Shown piece after piece: positions 60,071 to 64,000 of a DNA stretch of 64,000 nucleotides (position 1 is its first letter; each line of letters opens with the position of its first letter). The notes under the pieces are model-generated. The model saw nothing but the letters and a program-made list of their open reading frames with translations. It did not search any database and had not been told where the DNA came from. Source of the stretch: Sphingopyxis sp. (GTDB lineage Bacteria > Pseudomonadota > Alphaproteobacteria > Sphingomonadales > Sphingomonadaceae); contig JALDYH010000009.1 in the NCBI GenBank assembly GCA_032154175.1, forward strand, positions 228-64,227. The letters run 5' to 3'. The position numbers and the translations under genes are program-made.

Positions 60071-60654
60071 GACCAGCCTCCGATCCGGTGCGAAGCCAGA
60101 TGTGCCGCCGCTCGATCGGTCCCTGCATCGCGATCCCAATCATCCGCATATGGGTGATGCTCCGACAAGAATAACCCATGGCGCATAAGATGAATCGATG
60201 GCCCGCTGCCGAAAGGAACGAGCCAACTGTCGCCGGCCAAGCCGCGAAACAGCCGGTAGTCCAGGAACCAGTTGAGCTTCGTGGGGCTGGGTAAAGCGAT
60301 GTCGACAGTCAGATCGGGGAACGATCCGTCGGTCGCTCGCCGCAGCAATATCACCGGATGACCGGTCGCTATGGCGAGGGCTTCCATCTCGCCGAGGAAC
60401 AGCGGGGTCTGGACCGCGGTCGCATATACGACGACACCGGGGGACTTCAGAAAAAGGCCTCCGGGCAACAGCGTTGCCGCCATACCGTTAACGGAGCGAA
60501 CTGAACTGTGCATGAGCGCCGCGATATGGTGCATGATCTTACTGTCGGCCCGCGTTGCGGCCGGAAGATCAACGCTTCCTCGCAGGACTGTGTCGAGCAT
60601 TGTGTCAGGGTCGGCGGCCGGATTCAGCCGGTCGGCTATTTTTGTAACTTGCAT
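60064..60654 (-). CDS. hypothetical protein
   Basis: 196-aa ORF overlapping the start of the HUH-domain gene. Confidence 0.65.
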   Translation of the reverse strand: MQVTKIADRLNPAADPDTMLDTVLRGSVDLPAATRADSKIMHHIAALMHSSVRSVNGMAATLLPGGLFLKSPGVVVYATAVQTPLFLGEMEALAIATGHPVILLRRATDGSFPDLTVDIALPSPTKLNWFLDYRLFRGLAGDSWLVPFGSGPSIHLMRHGLFLSEHHPYADDWDRDAGTDRAAAHLASHRIGGWSW

Positions 60655-60859
60655 GGGAAACTGCTCTTGACCTTGAGCCCGGTTGCCGGGGCTCGGGGCG
60701 GCAGCCCTCCTTCAGATTTTCATCTTTCCAGCAGGGCCAACCTGCAACTTCGCCTTCGGTTCATGCGGACCGCCTTAGGCGGTGCGACAAATGCCTGAAT
60801 TGGGACGGCTCCTCCATCGGAAGGCATCTGTCCAACCGGAAACAGGGTATAATATCATG

Positions 60860-61789
60860 CTACCCCTCGGTAGATACTCTCGCTTCCAGCTCCGAAATTC
60901 GTTCCAGGCAAACGGCGTGCACGGCCTGCCCCAACGAGTCGACATTCTCGCTAAGCCGGAGCAATTCCTCTTGGCTGATACGGTAATGCTTCGAATAGCG
61001 GGCCTTAACATAGGCCTCTTTCAGCTTTTCAAACAGCCTGCGGTCTTCGCGCCGTTCTCGAGGCCAGGCATCGACCAAGCGCATATCGATCCGCTCAGCC
61101 TGGGTCCGAAGAAAGGCGAGATTATGGACGTGCGGGGTGTAGAAGGTGCAGACGAGAAGAACGCAGTGGTAGAGGCGTTCAGCTGCTTGGTGAGTGAGAA
61201 ATGCGGCGTCTTTTAGCCGTCCTTGTTGCCGGCTGAAAATTGCAGTTTCCAGCATGCCTGATGCGGCAGGCATCCATTCCCCGAAATACTCCTTCGCCAT
61301 CCCCAGCGCCTGCTCCGGCGTCTTCGGCTTTGGAGTATGGAGCTCTTTGTCATCGTAGCTGTAGAGCGCGATGCCGTCCTTCGCGACGTCCATGAAGAAA
61401 TATCGCCCGTGTGCCAGACCGTCGTTCACCTCCTGCAGCGTGTGGACGATGAAGTTCACCGGCGTGTGCAGGCTCTTGTCTATTGCAAGTTCGCGGATCA
61501 TCCTGTCATCAAGCTTGAGCCAATAATCCACACGTTCCGTTAGACGCTTGTCATTAACGATGATGAGCAAATCGAAGTCGGACAGATATCCCTTTGCGGT
61601 ATGGGGTTCATCGACCCAGCCGCCGCGGGCATAGCTGCCATAGAGGATGATTTTCTCGATCCGCCCTTTTCTCTTCCACGGCTGCTGGGCGAGTGCCAGC
61701 GCATCCTCGAACTCCTCGAAGATGATCTGGACAACGCGCTCCAATTCACGCTGCTTGTTCGCGGGAAGATGATCCAGGTCGGTACGCAT
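60860..61789 (-). CDS. fused nucleotidyltransferase (MNT)-HEPN domain protein
   Basis: LYGSYARG...SDFDLL (MNT); AAFLTHQAAERLY, HVHNL, AYVKARY (HEPN). Confidence 0.9.
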   Translation of the reverse strand: MRTDLDHLPANKQRELERVVQIIFEEFEDALALAQQPWKRKGRIEKIILYGSYARGGWVDEPHTAKGYLSDFDLLIIVNDKRLTERVDYWLKLDDRMIRELAIDKSLHTPVNFIVHTLQEVNDGLAHGRYFFMDVAKDGIALYSYDDKELHTPKPKTPEQALGMAKEYFGEWMPAASGMLETAIFSRQQGRLKDAAFLTHQAAERLYHCVLLVCTFYTPHVHNLAFLRTQAERIDMRLVDAWPRERREDRRLFEKLKEAYVKARYSKHYRISQEELLRLSENVDSLGQAVHAVCLERISELEARVSTEG

Positions 61790-61841
61790 GATCCGTTTCA
61801 CCCTGTCCGGCTGGCCACTGCTTGGCAAGCATCAAACGCGC

Positions 61842-62090
61842 TTAGCGGCGCCAAAACCGCCGCCACCGCGGCGGCTCCGGTTCCAAGACATCGGCCAAAA
61901 TCTCGAGCCCCCGACAAAGCGCCGCTTCGACTTCGGCAACGCTGATGTCATGCCAATGCGCAAGGTCGGTATAGGGCGCATCATTAACAAAATGCCCAAG
62001 AAATATCGCCTGGTCGCGCGGTGCCATTAGCCGTATTGCCTGTTCCAACTTGCGAAGGCGGCGGCGGCTTCTTGAAGCCAGCTTGATCAT
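61842..62090 (-). CDS. small sigma70-region-4-like HTH protein
   Basis: MAPRDQAIFLGHFVNDAPYTDLAHWHDISVAEVEAALCRGL. Confidence 0.6.
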   Translation of the reverse strand: MIKLASRSRRRLRKLEQAIRLMAPRDQAIFLGHFVNDAPYTDLAHWHDISVAEVEAALCRGLEILADVLEPEPPRWRRFWRR

Positions 62091-62233
62091 GTCTGCACCT
62101 GCCAGCAGTTGCCCGCAGTGAGGATCAGCGTGCAATAGGCACCCCCTTCGTGGGGTGATCGGCGTGCAAAAAGGACCCCTTCATCCCGGGGATTTAGTCG
62201 GCCGACTGGTTTTGATCAGTTGGCGAGAACGGG

Positions 62234-63748
62234 ATGTTGATCGTGGAGACAGTGGTTCGGATTCGGCGTGAGCATGCAGCCGGGAAGGCGATCAAGGCGA
62301 TCGCGCGCGACCTTCGTTTGTCGCGGAAGGTAGTCCGTAAGGCGATCCGGTCGCCGGAGGCGGCGTTCAACTATCAGCGCAAAGTCCAGCCGCTGCCGCG
62401 GATCGGTCCTTATCAGGATCGTCTCGATGCGCTGCTTGAGGAGAACGAGGGTCGCGGCCGCCGCGATCGGCTACGGATGACGCGTATCCATGACCTGCTG
62501 GTGCGCGAGGGGTTCGATGGATCCTATGATGCGGTGCGCCGCTATGCGGCGCGCTGGCGTGCTGCGCGGCGGAAGGATGCTGGCGAAGGCGCACCGGCGT
62601 TCATCCCGATGACCTTCCAGCCGGGTGAGGCCTACCAGTTCGACTGGAGCCACGAGGATGTGGAGATCGCCGGCAAGCCGATGCGGGTGAAGGTGGCGCA
62701 TATGCGCCTCTGCGCCTCGCGCGCACCCTATGTCCGGGCCTATCCGCGCGAGGGCCAGGAGATGCTGTTCGATGCCCATGCCCGGGCGTTCGCGTTCTTC
62801 GGCGGTGTGCCGCGACGCGGTATCTACGATAATATGAAGACGGCGGTGACGGCCGTGTTCACCGGCAAGGAACGTGTGTTCAACCGCCGCTTCCTCATCA
62901 TGACCGATCATTACATGGTCGAGCCGACCGCCTGCTCGCCGGCGGCGGGATGGGAGAAGGGCCAGGTCGAGCAGCAGGTCCAGACGATCCGAGGCCGCTT
63001 CTTCCAGCCGCGGCTCCGGTTCGCCAGCCTGGCCGAGCTCAACGGGTGGCTGGAGGCCGAGTGCCGACGCTGGGCCGAGCATCATGCCCATCCCGAACGC
63101 GGGGATATTACCGTCGCCGAGGCGTTGGATATGGAGCGACCGGCCCTGCAGCCGATCCTGACGCCGTTCGACGGCTTCCATGAGAGCGAGCATGCCGTCA
63201 CCGGCACTTGCCTCATCAGCTTCGATCGCAACCGCTACTCGGTCATGTCGACGGCCGCACGCCGGACCGTTCAGGTGCGCTCCTACGCCGATCGCATCGT
63301 CATACGCTGCGGGGATGCGATCGTCGGGGAGCATGAGCGCCACTTCGGTCGGAACCGCACGATATACGATCCTTGGCATTATCTGCCGGTCCTCGCGCAC
63401 AAGCCCGGTGCGCTGCGTAACGGCGCACCGTTCCAGGACTGGGATCTGCCGCCCGCCCTGCACCGATTACGGCGAAGGCTCGGCACCGGGGACGAGGCGG
63501 ATCGCAGGTTCGTGCGGGTCCTCTCGGCGGTGCTCACCGATGGCCTGGAGCCGGTAGAGGCTGCCGTGCGCGAAGCGCTGGCGAGCGGAACGGCCAGCGA
63601 CGAGCTGATCCTCAACATCCTCTCCCGGCGCCGCGAGCCGGCGACGCCCCACAGCATCGTCACTTCGGAAGACCGGATGCTGCAGCATCCTCCGCTCGCC
63701 GACTGTGCCCGCTACGATCTGCTGCGAGGCTATGATGCAGCGGCATGA
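62234..63748 (+). CDS. istA: IS21 transposase
   Basis: N-terminal HTH, PGEAYQFDW, YDNMKTAV, GWEKGQVE (DDE), FDRNRYSV. Confidence 0.96.
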   Translation: MLIVETVVRIRREHAAGKAIKAIARDLRLSRKVVRKAIRSPEAAFNYQRKVQPLPRIGPYQDRLDALLEENEGRGRRDRLRMTRIHDLLVREGFDGSYDAVRRYAARWRAARRKDAGEGAPAFIPMTFQPGEAYQFDWSHEDVEIAGKPMRVKVAHMRLCASRAPYVRAYPREGQEMLFDAHARAFAFFGGVPRRGIYDNMKTAVTAVFTGKERVFNRRFLIMTDHYMVEPTACSPAAGWEKGQVEQQVQTIRGRFFQPRLRFASLAELNGWLEAECRRWAEHHAHPERGDITVAEALDMERPALQPILTPFDGFHESEHAVTGTCLISFDRNRYSVMSTAARRTVQVRSYADRIVIRCGDAIVGEHERHFGRNRTIYDPWHYLPVLAHKPGALRNGAPFQDWDLPPALHRLRRRLGTGDEADRRFVRVLSAVLTDGLEPVEAAVREALASGTASDELILNILSRRREPATPHSIVTSEDRMLQHPPLADCARYDLLRGYDAAA

Positions 63749-64000
63749 TATGATCGACACGATGCGCGGCCTCGGACTCAAGGGCATGGCGGCGGCGTTC
63801 GACGAGGCGGTCACCACCGGCCTTCAGCGCAAGCGCACCACCATGGAGATCCTGACCGATCTGCTCCGCGCCGAGGCGACCCATCGGGATGCAGCCTCCA
63901 TCCGCTATCGGATGACAGCTGCGAGGCTGCCCGTGGTGAAGGATCTGGAGCGGTTCAGCTTCGAGGGCACGCCGATCAATGAGGAGATGATCCGCTCCCT
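63735..64000 (+). CDS. istB: IS21 helper ATPase (3'-truncated by window edge)
   Basis: MQRHDMIDTMRGLGLKGMAAAFDE...LLRAEATHRDAASIRYRMTAARLPVVKDLERFSF; overlaps istA stop. Confidence 0.92.
   Translation, partial: MQRHDMIDTMRGLGLKGMAAAFDEAVTTGLQRKRTTMEILTDLLRAEATHRDAASIRYRMTAARLPVVKDLERFSFEGTPINEEMIRS

Larger units (their letters stand above)
62119..64000 (+). mobile_element. IS21-family insertion sequence (runs off window)
   Basis: left end TG followed by two related repeats GATCAGCGTGCAATAGGCACCCC / GATCGGCGTGCAAAAAGGACCCC, then istA-istB. Confidence 0.92.

Overview
GC-rich alphaproteobacterial chromosome segment, probably Sphingomonadaceae (Sphingopyxis-like; inferred from gene content and order). 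The left part is housekeeping: purF, SDR, serine hydrolase, cfa, korAB, esterase, rppH, family-5 UDG, folK and tRNA-Lys(UUU). Next comes a small lower-GC islet after the tRNA (sugar epimerase, an HTH + RNA-polymerase-alpha-CTD-like protein, a peptidase S51 remnant). It is followed by a complete bufferin-type RiPP operon (DUF2282-DUF692-DUF2063-DoxX-sigF-nrsF) with a SigF promoter, galE, a yybP-ykoY-controlled UPF0016 Mn exporter, tamAB, ugd, selO and a DUF1800/DUF1501 pair. The centre (32-53 kb) is a Wza/Wzc/Wzy-type polysaccharide locus with PglF/E/C/D-like enzymes and wecBC. It has no Wzx, but has an Amj (DUF2837)-like membrane protein, and an ATP-grasp enzyme plus a methyltransferase between pglC and pglE. 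A patch of gene debris (53-55 kb) precedes hslV, a circularly permuted Tat-lipoprotein D-amino-acid-oxidase-like gene, and hslU. The right end is accessory DNA: a four-gene cassette (two distant paralogues of unknown function, a MobA/MobL-like HUH domain apparently lacking the catalytic Tyr, an orphan Xre/MbcA/ParS antitoxin), an MNT-HEPN gene and an IS21 element. All family calls are by-eye motif recognition; no database search was run.
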